From assembly GCA_963724295.1 (NCBI GenBank), contig CAVRUC010000010.1:309309-373308 (forward strand): DNA of 64,000 bases, read 5' to 3'. The DNA comes from an uncultured Chloroflexia bacterium (lineage in GTDB: Bacteria > Chloroflexota > Chloroflexia > Thermomicrobiales > UBA6265). The number at the start of each line of letters is the position of its first letter. Position 1 is the stretch's first letter. The notes beneath the pieces were generated by a model that searched no databases, was not told the DNA's origin, and was given only the letters and a program-made list of their open reading frames with translations. The translations under genes and the position numbers were made by a program. Shown one piece after another: positions 12,241 to 22,730 of this stretch.

Positions 12241-12446
12241 GCCACCATAGCGCTCAGATGTTGTGAGGAGGCGACCGGGGTCATTTACAAGACTAAGAGA
12301 ACCGCTACTATGTTAGAGGCCCGCTCGGGATCCTTCGCTCTCTCCCAGCCTGTTCTCAGATCGGCATCAGGCGGACGAGAGACGCTGGCTGCGGCGCATA
12401 GCTATCAGCTCTCGCTTCGCCGAGAGCAAGACGGAGGAGAAAGCCG

Positions 12447-12890
12447 ATGTTCAACCGTTTGCGTCAACCACGGGACATCGATCGGCTGTTGGACGATGTC
12501 GATCACCTGATAACCGAGGGGGTTGCCTACGCCCGGAAATTCTCGCGGCAATATGGCAGCCGGCCGGCTATCGACCTCTACGACACTGGCACGGAACTGG
12601 TCGTCAAGGCGCTGGCCCCGGGCGGCCGTCCCGAAGAGATCGGCGTCACCATCGAGAAGAATACGCTGACACTCCAGGGTAACTACGGCTATTCGCTGAG
12701 TGAAGACGAGGACCAGAATCTTGTGTGGTACCGGCGTGAGATCGTTTCCGGCCGCTTCGCGGAGACCGTCACTCTTCCGGTCGAGGTCGAAACCGAGCAA
12801 GTCAGCGCGACGTTCACAGACGGCGTTCTGACGATAATCATGCCGAAGGTGCCTGCGGCACGCACGAAGCGCATCTCAGTACATGTCTAG
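12447..12890 (+). CDS. Hsp20/alpha-crystallin small heat shock protein
   Basis: PAIDLYD..., REIVSGRFAETVTLP, ATFTDGVLTIIMPK; RBS GGAGAA. Confidence 0.93.
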   Translation: MFNRLRQPRDIDRLLDDVDHLITEGVAYARKFSRQYGSRPAIDLYDTGTELVVKALAPGGRPEEIGVTIEKNTLTLQGNYGYSLSEDEDQNLVWYRREIVSGRFAETVTLPVEVETEQVSATFTDGVLTIIMPKVPAARTKRISVHV

Positions 12891-13013
12891 CATGATCGGC
12901 TCGCAGCGGGACATTCTCGCGCTCCTTGCGCTCACCCTCACGGCGTCCTGATTGACTGACTACCTGTTTCCTTCGCTCTGGCCATCGCTGGCGTCACCGC
13001 AAGCGGGCTCGTC

Positions 13014-14789
13014 ATGACTGCGCCAGAAATGCCCGGCACGTCGGTAGAAGCTGGGGTGGAAGCGGCGGCCGGGGACATGCCCCGAGTAGAGGTTCCCCGC
13101 CACGAGCCGGGGTCAGGACGACGAGCGGCACTGTTGACCCGCCGTCGCCGCCTGACGCAGGTTGCGGCTGTTCTGAGCCGGCACGGGGCAGGCTATCTGC
13201 TCGTGCGCTTCGGCTTGGCGGATCTGCTTCCGCTGCACAAAGGGCGGCTGGGTCACGCCGCCCGCGATGAGGCATACACGCGCCCCGATCACCTCCGGCT
13301 GGCGCTGGAAGAGCTCGGGACGACGGCGATCAAGCTGGGACAGATCCTTTCCACCCGCGCCGATCTCCTGCCGCCCGCCTATGTCGACGAACTGGCCAAG
13401 CTCCGTGATCGCGTTCCCCCGAAGCCCGCCGCGGCGATCCGTCAGGTGATCGAGCGCGAGTTCGGCCGTCCCGTCGCCGAGGTATTTGCCCGCTTCGACG
13501 ACGAGCCCCTGGCGTCCGCCTCGATCGGTCAGGTCCACGCCGCTCGGCTCTTCACCGGTGAGGAAGTCGTCGTCAAGGTGCAGAAGCCGGGAGTCGCCGA
13601 GCAGGTCGAGATCGACTTGCGTCTGCTTCTGGACCTGGCACAGACGGCGGAGCGGCGATCGTCGCTGGGTCGGGAGTACGACGTTGTCGCGATCGTCAAT
13701 GAGTTCGCCTGGACGCTGCGCGAAGAGCTCGACTACGAGCAAGAAGGACGGAACGCCGTCACGTTTCGGCGTCAGTTCGCCGGCAACCGGGACATCATCA
13801 TTCCACTGATCTACTGGCCGCAGACCACTCGGCGGGTGTTGACGATGCAGCGTCTGTCGGGTGTGACGATCGACGACCTGGCGGGCCTGGACCGCCTTGG
13901 TATCGATCGTCACGACCTCGCCGTGCGTAGCGCGAATCTGATCCTCTCCGAGGTTTTCGAGCATGGCTTTTACCACGCCGACCCGCACCCGGGAAACTTC
14001 GTGGTGCGGGAGGACGGAGTGATCGGGGCGCTCGACTTCGGGATGGTCGGCCGCATTGAAAACGACGCCAAGCTCGATTTGCTCGAGCTGTTGGTCGCCT
14101 TCGTCGATCGCGACGCCGAGCGAGCGGTCGATGCCTTTGAGGCGCTCGGAGTCATTGGGGTCGAGGCACGTCGCGATGCGCTCACGCGAGACGTGGCCCA
14201 CCTGCTCGATCGCTACGTGGGCCGGCCGCTAGCGGCGCTGCGGATGGAGGAGGTGACGGCGGAGGTCTTCGCCACCGCTCGCCGGCACCAGCTGCGGATG
14301 CCGGTCGAGCTTGCCTTGTTGCTCAAGACGCTGGCCATGAACGAGGGTGTCGGCCGCCGCCTGGATCCTGGCTTCAATGCCGCGGCTGTCGCGGCCCCGT
14401 TCATCCATCGCGCCATCCAACTGCGCCTGCGGCCAAGCACGTGGGAACCCGAGTTGCGCCGCGGGCTCATCGACTTGGCGCGCGTCGGTCTCGATCTCCC
14501 GGGCGCCTTACGCGGGCTGATGCGCCAACTCAATCGCGGCGAGTTCGCTGTGGCCGTGCGTCCTCAAGGGTTGGAAGAGCCGCTGCGCCAGGTGGAGGCG
14601 CTGGTCAACCGCCTGGCGATGAGCGTTCTCCTGGCCGCCTTCATCGTCAGCAGCGCCCTCCTGATGAGGACCTACCATCCGGGGGATGAGGGAGGGTTGC
14701 CCGACTGGCTCTCTATCGTAGGGCTGCTTGTGGCTACGGTGCTCGGGGTGTGGCTGCTGCTGACAATCTGGCGCAGTGGACGGCGTTGA
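13014..14789 (+). CDS. AarF/UbiB/ABC1 family kinase
   Basis: IKLGQILSTR, ASASIGQVH, VKVQKP, YHADPHPGN, LDFGMVG; C-terminal TM pair. Confidence 0.93.
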   Translation: MTAPEMPGTSVEAGVEAAAGDMPRVEVPRHEPGSGRRAALLTRRRRLTQVAAVLSRHGAGYLLVRFGLADLLPLHKGRLGHAARDEAYTRPDHLRLALEELGTTAIKLGQILSTRADLLPPAYVDELAKLRDRVPPKPAAAIRQVIEREFGRPVAEVFARFDDEPLASASIGQVHAARLFTGEEVVVKVQKPGVAEQVEIDLRLLLDLAQTAERRSSLGREYDVVAIVNEFAWTLREELDYEQEGRNAVTFRRQFAGNRDIIIPLIYWPQTTRRVLTMQRLSGVTIDDLAGLDRLGIDRHDLAVRSANLILSEVFEHGFYHADPHPGNFVVREDGVIGALDFGMVGRIENDAKLDLLELLVAFVDRDAERAVDAFEALGVIGVEARRDALTRDVAHLLDRYVGRPLAALRMEEVTAEVFATARRHQLRMPVELALLLKTLAMNEGVGRRLDPGFNAAAVAAPFIHRAIQLRLRPSTWEPELRRGLIDLARVGLDLPGALRGLMRQLNRGEFAVAVRPQGLEEPLRQVEALVNRLAMSVLLAAFIVSSALLMRTYHPGDEGGLPDWLSIVGLLVATVLGVWLLLTIWRSGRR

Positions 14790-14811
14790 GAGCCGGCTAG
14801 CGCATGCGCAC

Positions 14812-14995
14812 ACCATTCCCCTTGGGCCCGGCTCCGCCGCCGGCATTGCCATGGCGTCTAAGCACATTGAGTCCGCCCAGGTCCGCTGGCGCGCCGTGTA
14901 CGCCCCGCACCTGGTCGCGCTCGTCCGCGCCGGCGCCAGATTCGAGAACGGCAAACTGATCGAACGACCCCGGCGACCAACCCGACCACAAGTTC
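14812..14995 (+). mobile_element. IS256-family transposase 3' remnant
   Basis: GPGSAAGIAMASKHIESAQVRWRAVYAPHLVALVRAGARFENGKLIERP matches the recalled C-terminus of actinobacterial IS256-type transposases. Confidence 0.7.
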
Positions 14996-15294
14996 GGCCA
15001 CCTATGGGATGGGCCGCCGATTCGATTACCAGACAGTTCGCTTGTGAGATGCGCGACCTCATTGTGGAACAGTCACAGATTCTGGTGGACCAAAGGTGGC
15101 TGACCGCCGAGGAGATTGGGGAACTCCAGGGGAGACCCTATGAAGTCGGTCCTGCTGCACTGTCCTGGCCGATGTTCCTGTACAACTTGTACCTCGCGTT
15201 GGTTGGCGAAAAGCAGGCGATTCTATAATCCTAGTCTGGGTGCCATTTTTGTCGCAGAGATCAGGTCAGGTGGACGGTCGCTCCGGAGTGAACG

Positions 15295-16284
15295 ATGGTT
15301 GATATCCGGACGCGAGACGTCTTTGCCACCATGCGGCCGGACTTGCTCCTTGTGCAAGCGCGCCTCGAAGAAGCGGTGCGAATTGACTATCCGGGTGTCG
15401 CCGATCTCATGCTCGGTCTTGTCAAAGCAGGTGGGAAGCGGCTGCGGCCACTGATCTTGCTGCTAGCCGGGCGCGCCTTCACCGACAATCGAGAGGCGTT
15501 GGTGACCGCCGGCGCTGGGGTCGAGCTTCTTCATACAGCTTCGCTGGTGCACGACGACACGGTCGACCGCGCCGCTATGCGACGAGGCCGTCCAACGCTC
15601 AACAGCGTTCTGCCTTCCGGTGCGGTGATCCTCCTGGGCGATTTCCTCTTCGCCCAGTCCGCGATGCTGGCTGCGGCCACGAATAGCCCGAGAGTCGTCA
15701 GCGTATTCGCCTCGACTCTTGCAGACATCTGCGATGGTCAGCTCCGTGAAATATTCTTTGCCAATCGCCTCGATCAAACACGCGATGACTATGAACGCCG
15801 GATCGTCGGCAAGACCGCGTCCCTCTTCGCCGGGTCGGCTGAGATGGGCGCGATCATTGGGAAAGCTCCCGATAACGCGGTTCAGGCCCTGCGCCAGTAC
15901 GGGTCGGATGTCGGGATGGCCTTCCAGATCGTCGACGACGTTCTCGATTTGCGCGAAGATGCGAGCCATCTCGGCAAACCTGCCGGGCACGACCTGACCC
16001 AAGGAACGGTCACTCTACCGACCATCATCTATGCGTCGGGTCTCACTCAGGCCTCAGAGGCGGCAATACGTTTGGAATCGGTAGTTTCTGGTGAAGTGAC
16101 TGAACCAGCGGCGGTGAAGGCCGTGGTCGAGGAGATACGGGGATCGGGCGCGCTTGAAGCGGCGATGGACGAAGCAATCCGATTCGCCGCCCGGTCGAAA
16201 GCGTATGTGTCAGTCGCACCTGAGCCCGAGGTTCGCGACATGCTCGAACAAGTCGCCGACATCGTCTGCCAACGGTCTGCCTAG
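15295..16284 (+). CDS. polyprenyl diphosphate synthase
   Basis: GGKRLRP, HDDTVD..RRG, GKTASL, FQIVDDVLD. Confidence 0.95.
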   Translation: MVDIRTRDVFATMRPDLLLVQARLEEAVRIDYPGVADLMLGLVKAGGKRLRPLILLLAGRAFTDNREALVTAGAGVELLHTASLVHDDTVDRAAMRRGRPTLNSVLPSGAVILLGDFLFAQSAMLAAATNSPRVVSVFASTLADICDGQLREIFFANRLDQTRDDYERRIVGKTASLFAGSAEMGAIIGKAPDNAVQALRQYGSDVGMAFQIVDDVLDLREDASHLGKPAGHDLTQGTVTLPTIIYASGLTQASEAAIRLESVVSGEVTEPAAVKAVVEEIRGSGALEAAMDEAIRFAARSKAYVSVAPEPEVRDMLEQVADIVCQRSA

Positions 16285-16622
16285 CGACAGGCTCCGGTCT
16301 TACATCGCCACGAGCCCTGTTTCGTGCATCCGGCCAAAAATGCTGTTCCAGTAGCGGCCATGTGGGTCAACAGTCTCCAAATATGGGAGTGCGGGGAGAG
16401 ACCATCGTCGATGTAGCGCAGCAGCTCCTTGTTCACTCTGTCCTGCTATGGCTGTTCCGCTTGGCCTGAACACAGGGCAACCGAACGCGGCATCTATTGC
16501 ACCCGCTAAAATGAAGGCACTCGAATTGCACGGTCTGGGGGTGAATCAGTGACCAATTTGCCCAAGCGGCGCAGCCCCTCGACTACTACGTCCAGCAATC
16601 CCCTCTCACCCAAGATTTCCCT

Positions 16623-17012
16623 ATGATCCTGTCACCCTCGTCCCGCCGCATTGACCACACGACCGTCCCGATCGTGGCCAGTCCCAGCGGACTGCCGACC
16701 CAGCACCTGGTCTCGGCACGGGATGGCGCGGAGGGGCTCTTCGTCGCCCAGCAATGGCTGCAGCCCGGCGACCGGGTCCTGCTGCACACCCACCCGGTCG
16801 AGGAGGCCATCACCTTTCTCTCGGGATCAGGCGAGGCGACGCTTGGCGAAGAGACCGTGCCGATTGGCTCGGGCATCAGCCTCTACATCCCCGCCGGTGA
16901 GGTCCATGGGTTCTGCTGCACCGAGGGCACCTTGCACGCCATGGTCGTCTTTCCCACGCCGGAGTTCGCGGAGACGACGATTGTTGAATCAGAAGACTCT
17001 GAAGCAGGATAA
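16623..17012 (+). CDS. cupin domain protein
   Basis: LHTHPVEE ... IPAGEVHGF cupin motifs. Confidence 0.88.
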   Translation: MILSPSSRRIDHTTVPIVASPSGLPTQHLVSARDGAEGLFVAQQWLQPGDRVLLHTHPVEEAITFLSGSGEATLGEETVPIGSGISLYIPAGEVHGFCCTEGTLHAMVVFPTPEFAETTIVESEDSEAG

Positions 17013-17171
17013 AGCCGGCTGGCAATCCAGGACGCTCGACAGTCATCCCAACCACTTCAGATGCGTCGTCGCCGCTCGCCGCTATCACCGGCAATACTTG
17101 GTGCACACATTGAGAATGTGCCCGCGATTCGTGGCTGGCACGTGTTGAGATCTCTGGAACGAGAAGAAGGA

Positions 17172-18212
17172 ATGTCGAGCATGCCGGTCGCAATAGCGGA
17201 GACAACCCGGGGCGGGATCACCGAAAGTGTCCATTACGGCGTGATCGTCGCCGTCGATGCGGGCGGCGAGGTCATCGCGTCGGCCGGAGATCCCGAGACC
17301 GTCGTCTTCTTCCGCTCCTCCGCCAAGCCGTTCCAGGCGATCCCGGTCATCGAGAGCGGCGCGGCCGATGCATTCGGCTTCACCCTAGCCGAGCTGGCCC
17401 TCTGCTGCGCATCTCACGAAGGCTCGCCTGAGCACCAGCGCCAGGTGGCGGCCATGCTCGCCAAGATCGGGCTGTCGCCCGCCAGCCTGCAATGCGGTTG
17501 CTCGTTTCCCGGTCATGAAGCCGAGGCAGCCCAGGTGACCCTCGGTGGGATCGAGGGCTCACCCCTGCATTGCGACTGCTCGGGTAAACACGCGGGGATG
17601 CTGGCGACGATCGTGCACGAGGGGCTTTCCCACCACGATTACCTCGACCCGGAGCATCCTTTGCAGCGGCGCATTCTCGGCATCATGGCAGAGGTCATGC
17701 GAGTGCCCGTGGAGACGATCGTTCCCGGCACCGACGGATGCAGCCTTCCCACATTCGGGGCTCCGGTGCGCGCGTTCGCTACCGCCTACACCGCGCTCGC
17801 CGCGCCGGAGCAGGTGCCAGCCGGAAATGGGCGCGAGCACGCCGCCGCGCTCGACCGGTTGCGCACGGCGATGATCGCTCACCCGGAGAACGTCGCCGGG
17901 CACGGTCAGCTCGTTACCGACCTGATGGCGCTCGGCGAGGGCCGCATCGCCGCCAAGAGCGGGGCCGAGGGCCTCATCTGCCTGGCCGTGCCGGAACGAG
18001 GTTTGGGCATCGCCATCCGGGTCATGGATGGCAGCTTCCGCACCCACGCCGCGGTGACGGTGGCCACTCTGGAGCAGCTTGGCATCCTCGACGCCGCCAC
18101 CCGTGACACGATTCTTGAACGGCATTCACCGCAGCTACGCAATCACAACGGCCGACTGGTCGGCGAGATCCGGCCGGTCTTCCAATTGGCAGGAGCCGTC
18201 GCCGTCGCTTGA
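17172..18212 (+). CDS. asparaginase (L-asparaginase II, Rhizobium AnsA-type)
   Basis: ESVH, RSSAKPFQA, ASHEG, CSGKH, DGCS, KSGAEG. Confidence 0.9.
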   Translation: MSSMPVAIAETTRGGITESVHYGVIVAVDAGGEVIASAGDPETVVFFRSSAKPFQAIPVIESGAADAFGFTLAELALCCASHEGSPEHQRQVAAMLAKIGLSPASLQCGCSFPGHEAEAAQVTLGGIEGSPLHCDCSGKHAGMLATIVHEGLSHHDYLDPEHPLQRRILGIMAEVMRVPVETIVPGTDGCSLPTFGAPVRAFATAYTALAAPEQVPAGNGREHAAALDRLRTAMIAHPENVAGHGQLVTDLMALGEGRIAAKSGAEGLICLAVPERGLGIAIRVMDGSFRTHAAVTVATLEQLGILDAATRDTILERHSPQLRNHNGRLVGEIRPVFQLAGAVAVA

Positions 18213-18343
18213 GGCGGCCACGTTCCGGCTCTGGCCCGGAGATTCCCAGCCACGGCAGAATAGGGACTCGTTCGGGCGGACCGCGCCGGCACGGCACGCT
18301 GTCCGCGTTGTGATCGCTTGTGAGAGATGAGGAGAGCTTCGCG

Positions 18344-19456
18344 ATGGAACGGTTGCGGGCAGGGGTCATCGGGGTGGGCGCCATCGCTCAGATCATGCAT
18401 CTGCCCTATCTGCGCGAGCTGGACGACCGTTTTCAGATCGCCGCGCTTTGTGACGTCGATCCGGTCGTGCTGGCCGAAGTCGGCCGGCAGTACGGCGTGG
18501 ACCGCCTGTTTGCTTCTGCCGACGAACTCCTGAACGAGCCGCTCGACGTGGTCTTGATCCTCTCCAGTGGAGATCACGGGCCGGTGACCATCGCCGCGCT
18601 CGAGCGCGGGCTGCACGTTCTCGTCGAGAAGCCGTTGGCCTACACCCTGCGCGAGACCGACGAGGTCATCGCCGCGGCCGAGCGGTCCGGCAAGACGCTG
18701 ATGGTCGGGATGATGAAGCAGTACGACCCCGGCTATCAGCGCGGAGTCGAGCTGGTGCAGCATCTACGCGATATCCGCTACGTCGAGGCCACGACACTGG
18801 AGCCGGAGGGTACGCTCTATCACGCCCACCATCCGATCGTCCGCAGTGGTGAACCGCGGCAGGCCCAAGAGCGGTACGGCGCGGAGATGTTCAACAGCAT
18901 CCAGCAACAGATCCTCGCGAGCCAGCCGCTCGACCTCCTGCGTGAAGCGACCGGAAGCGATGATCCGGGTGTGTTGACCGCCTACTTCCTGCTCATCGCC
19001 AGCTCGATCCACGACGTCAACGCCCTGCGCGGCGCGATTGGACAGCCGCAGGGCGTGCTCTCCGCCAACCTCTGGGCGGGCGGGACGAGCTTCACGACGA
19101 CCCTTGCCTACGCGAACGACGTGCGGACCGTCTACACCTGGACGATGCTTCCTTATGTCAAAAGCTATGGGGAGACGTTCGGTTTCTACGCCTCCGACGG
19201 CCGCGTGCTGATCCGCTTCCCATCGCCGTACTTGCGGAACGCGCCGACGCTCGTCGACGTCGAGCGCATGCATGGCGAGGAACTCCAGGTCACCCGATTC
19301 ACGACCTCCTATGAAGAAGCCTTCAAGCGCGAGCTACTCGAGTTCGATGACTGCGTGCGCACGGGCCGCACTCCGCGCACTGACGCGCCGGGATTTCGCC
19401 AAGACCTGGAGGTGCTCACCGAGATCGCGCGGAAGTTTCCGGAAGCGCTTCAATAG
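18344..19456 (+). CDS. Gfo/Idh/MocA family oxidoreductase
   Basis: GVIGVGAI, HVLVEKP, SIHD. Confidence 0.9.
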   Translation: MERLRAGVIGVGAIAQIMHLPYLRELDDRFQIAALCDVDPVVLAEVGRQYGVDRLFASADELLNEPLDVVLILSSGDHGPVTIAALERGLHVLVEKPLAYTLRETDEVIAAAERSGKTLMVGMMKQYDPGYQRGVELVQHLRDIRYVEATTLEPEGTLYHAHHPIVRSGEPRQAQERYGAEMFNSIQQQILASQPLDLLREATGSDDPGVLTAYFLLIASSIHDVNALRGAIGQPQGVLSANLWAGGTSFTTTLAYANDVRTVYTWTMLPYVKSYGETFGFYASDGRVLIRFPSPYLRNAPTLVDVERMHGEELQVTRFTTSYEEAFKRELLEFDDCVRTGRTPRTDAPGFRQDLEVLTEIARKFPEALQ

Positions 19457-19504
19457 CTGGCCACGGCCCGGAGTCGAGATCGGTAGTGACTCGCGCTCTG
19501 ACCA

Positions 19505-19546
19505 CCCTCACCCCAACCCCTCTCCCAGCGCACTGGGAGAGGGGCT
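19505..19546. repeat. REP-like palindrome (family B)
   Basis: CCCTCACCCCAACCCCTCTCCCAGCGCACTGGGAGAGGGGCT; inverted copy with 1 mismatch at 55584-55625. Confidence 0.85.
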
Positions 19547-19695
19547 CTTCGCGTTGTTAGCTCGCGCGGTTGGCAGCAGACCGGTGTTGTAGGTGGCTGG
19601 CACGAAATCCGCATCCTCGTCCCTGAATGCCCAGTTCGCGCCGAGCGGGCGCGGCATCGTCTGAACAGCACCCAAGGGAACGAGGAGTGAGACCA

Positions 19696-20676
19696 ATGGC
19701 TGACGTGCAGATCGGGTATGCCATCTCCAGCGAGGAGCACCTGCCCAACGACATCGTCCGGCACGCCAGGATGGCGGAAGAGGCCGGCTTCACCTACGCG
19801 CTGATCTCCGACCACTACCACCCCTGGGTCGACGCCCAGGGACATAGCCCCTTCGTCTGGTCGGTGATCGGCGGTATCGCCACGGCGACGGAGCATCTTC
19901 GTCTTGGTACCGGGGTGACCTGTCCTACTGTCCGCATCCACCCCGCGATCATCGCCCAGGCCGCGGCCACCTCGGCGGCGATGATGCCGGGTCGCTTCTT
20001 CCTCGGTGTCGGCAGTGGTGAAGCGCTCAACGAGCATATCACCGGTGACCGCTGGCCCGAGACGGATGTGCGCCTGGAGATGTTGGAGGAAGCGATCGAG
20101 ATCATGCGCCTCCTCTGGCAAGGAGGCAATCAGAGCTACCACGGCGCGTTCTACACCGTCGAAAACGCCCGTCTCTACACGCTGCCGGAGGAGCCGGTCG
20201 AGGTGATGATCGCCGCCAGCGGGCCATCCGCGGCCGAACTCGCGGGACGTCTCGGCGATGGCCTGATCACCACCTCGGCTGACCAGAAAGTCATCCAGGC
20301 CTTCGAAGGAGCTGGCGGCAAGGGGCCACGCTACGGACAAATGACGGTCTGCTGGAACGAGGACGAAGCCGCCGCGTTGAAGACCGCTCATGAGATCTGG
20401 CCGAACGCCGGGCTCCCCGGCGAATTGGGTCAGGAGCTGCCCACGCCGGCCCACTTCCAGCAAGCGGTCCAGCTCGTCACGCCGGAGAAGATCGCCGAGA
20501 GCGTCGTCGTCGGACCGGATGCCAGCAAGTATCTCGCCAAGATCGACGAGTACGCCCAGGCTGGGATCGACCACGTCTACATCCACCAGGTGGGACCGGA
20601 TCAGGAAGGGTTCATCCGCTTCGCGGAGCGAGAGATCTTGCCGCAATATGCGGCCGCACGCTCGCGGGCGGCGTGA
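19696..20676 (+). CDS. F420-dependent LLM-class oxidoreductase (G6PDH-like, TIGR03557-type)
   Basis: SSEEH, ISDHYHPW, GTGVTCPT, GSGEALNE. Confidence 0.9.
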   Translation: MADVQIGYAISSEEHLPNDIVRHARMAEEAGFTYALISDHYHPWVDAQGHSPFVWSVIGGIATATEHLRLGTGVTCPTVRIHPAIIAQAAATSAAMMPGRFFLGVGSGEALNEHITGDRWPETDVRLEMLEEAIEIMRLLWQGGNQSYHGAFYTVENARLYTLPEEPVEVMIAASGPSAAELAGRLGDGLITTSADQKVIQAFEGAGGKGPRYGQMTVCWNEDEAAALKTAHEIWPNAGLPGELGQELPTPAHFQQAVQLVTPEKIAESVVVGPDASKYLAKIDEYAQAGIDHVYIHQVGPDQEGFIRFAEREILPQYAAARSRAA

Positions 20677-20677
20677 A

Positions 20678-20830
20678 CGAGGGTGATGGGAGGCCGAGGG
20701 TGACGGGGTCGCAGGGTGGCAGGGTGACAGGAGAATAACGCCTCAACACCCCGACACCCTGCGACCCTGCCACCACGAGCGTAGCGAGTAACCACCCTAT
20801 CACCCGACACCGCGACATCCTGACACCCAC
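20678..20830. repeat. 8-nt-periodic palindromic repeat (family A)
   Basis: GGGTGRCA arms / inverted CACCC arms with CCACGAGCGTAGCGAGTAACCACCC. Confidence 0.8.
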
Positions 20831-20872
20831 CGAAGTGGCACCGTATAGACGCCGGCACCTATCCTGACGTCC

Positions 20873-22162
20873 ATGACGAATGGGGCGCCCAGGCGCGCGA
20901 GCGGGCAGAACGGCAGAACCCGCCGAAACAGCGCCGAGTGGTGGGCGTTCCCGCTTCGCGTCTGGGTGATCCACTGGTTGCTGGTGCAGATCCCGGCGAC
21001 CTATGCGCTCCGCTTCGGCACGCCGAATTTGCCATCTCCGCCTTACAGCGAGATGCCGCCGCCGCTCACCGGGCTCGCGCACTGGATCGTGGAGCCGCTG
21101 CGGAATTGGGACGGGCTCTGGTACCGCCTGATCGCCCTGGAGGGGTATGCAGGGGGAACGCAGAGCGCGAAAGCCGCGTTCTGGCCACTCCTGCCGGGGA
21201 TCATGCGCGGTGGGAACATCCTCACCGGCTGGACCGCCGACACCGTCGGGTACCTCGTCGCCAACCTCGCCTTTCTCGGCGCGCTGCTGGTCATGTACCG
21301 GCTGATCATCCTCGACTACGGCGACATCGCGACCGCCCGGCGCGCCATCTGGGCGTTGGCGCTCTTCCCAACAGCGCTCTTCTTCTCGGCGGTCTACACG
21401 GAATCGCTGTTTCTGCTCCTTACCGTCAGCGCGCTGTACCTCTGGCGGCGCGACATGATCTGGCTGGGGGGACTGGTCAGCATCGGCGCGGCGCTCAGCC
21501 GCTCCGGCGGGGTCTTCCTCATCCTTCCCTTTCTGGCGCTGCTCTGGGACCGGCATCGCCGTGACTGGCGCGGCTACTGGCCGGGGATCATCCCGGCATT
21601 TTTCCCCGCGCTCGGTCCGGCCATCTTCGCGGGGATCCTGTACCGCGAACAGGAGAACTGGAATGCCTTCATCGACGTGCAGGTGCAGTGGAACCGCTAC
21701 TCCGCCGCGCCATGGGAGACGCTGCGCTGCGCGGTGGTGACCTGCCACGAGCTGGGCGGGGAGCCGGACGGCGTCTCCTGGACCTGGTGGACCGACCTCT
21801 GGCAGAACCCCACCTGGGACACCATCACCAGCACCGCATGGCGCAATGACTTCGCGAACAGCGATGTGCTGGAGCTGGTTGTGACGGTGCTCTTTCTGTT
21901 GCTGGTCCTCGTCGGGTTGAAGGTGCTGCCGTTCTACCTGACGGTCTGGGTGCTGCCGGGGCTGCTCATCCCCTTGCTGCAGCCGTCCCAGGTTCACGCC
22001 CTGATGAGCATGCCCCGCTTCGTGCTCGTCCTCTTTCCGCTGTTCATCGTGCTCGGCAAGCTCATCCAGCCAACAGTGATCCGCATTCCCTGGTACATGA
22101 TCTCGGTCTTGCTATTGGTCGTGCTCTCTGCCCAGTTTGCACTCTGGTACTGGGTATCGTGA
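20873..22162 (+). CDS. GT-C mannosyltransferase (PIG-V-like)
   Basis: WDGLWY..IA..GY, AFWPL, FPTALFFSAVYTESLF, RF; multi-TM. Confidence 0.88.
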   Translation: MTNGAPRRASGQNGRTRRNSAEWWAFPLRVWVIHWLLVQIPATYALRFGTPNLPSPPYSEMPPPLTGLAHWIVEPLRNWDGLWYRLIALEGYAGGTQSAKAAFWPLLPGIMRGGNILTGWTADTVGYLVANLAFLGALLVMYRLIILDYGDIATARRAIWALALFPTALFFSAVYTESLFLLLTVSALYLWRRDMIWLGGLVSIGAALSRSGGVFLILPFLALLWDRHRRDWRGYWPGIIPAFFPALGPAIFAGILYREQENWNAFIDVQVQWNRYSAAPWETLRCAVVTCHELGGEPDGVSWTWWTDLWQNPTWDTITSTAWRNDFANSDVLELVVTVLFLLLVLVGLKVLPFYLTVWVLPGLLIPLLQPSQVHALMSMPRFVLVLFPLFIVLGKLIQPTVIRIPWYMISVLLLVVLSAQFALWYWVS

Positions 22163-22290
22163 CGAGGGTGGTGGGTGATTACTCGCTACGCTCGTGGTGA
22201 TGGGGTGATTGCTCCCTTTGGTCGCGGTGATGGGGTCATAGGGCGAACGAGAGCGAACCCTCTATCACCCCATCACCCGACACCCATCAC
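22163..22290. repeat. 8-nt-periodic palindromic repeat (family A, inverted)
   Basis: GGGTGAT arms; reverse module TACTCGCTACGCTCGTGG; also CTCCCTTTGGTCG. Confidence 0.75.
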
Positions 22291-22296
22291 TCTCGT

Positions 22297-22730
22297 TCAC
22301 ACCTGCCGGCCGAGGAATCCCGCCAATCGATTGGCGGCTGGAGCGTCGGCGGGAACGGGTACCTCGTCTTTGAACGGCATATTGGCGCGGTCCATGCTGG
22401 CCATGCGCTGCCGAGACATGGCCAGTGCCGCTTCGCAGGGGTCGGGAGCGACGTCGGTGTCCCGTCCAGTCGCTTTTGCCAGATCCCAGACTTGAACGAC
22501 GAGATCGACGAATCGGAACCCCGCAAGTCCGGCAGCGGGCATCTCCCCGAATGGCATCGACACCATGCGGCCCAATGCGCCTGGCTCTTCAAATGACGCC
22601 AACATCGCGTCCGCTGAAGCGGTGTAGACCTCTAGCGGCTCGTGGTTCCCAATAATCTCGCCGCTCGGTCGAGGGGCGCTGCCGGTCTTTACGTTCTCCG
22701 CCGCCCAGATATTGCCAAGCACGACGTGGT
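22297..22730 (-). pseudogene. 3' part of interrupted TIGR03086-like (MDMPI/DinB-superfamily) metal-binding protein
   Basis: HVVLGNIW...PFGEMP...VDLVVQVWDLAKATG...RLAGFLGR; continues the 5' part at 27565-27725 in frame. Confidence 0.85.

Noticed and set aside
16300..16440. Lower-GC minus-strand coding-like fragment
   Set aside because: Short, changes frame, and has no recognisable family.
20678..20830. Possible CRISPR array in the periodic repeats
   Set aside because: No constant repeats with unique spacers, and no cas genes.
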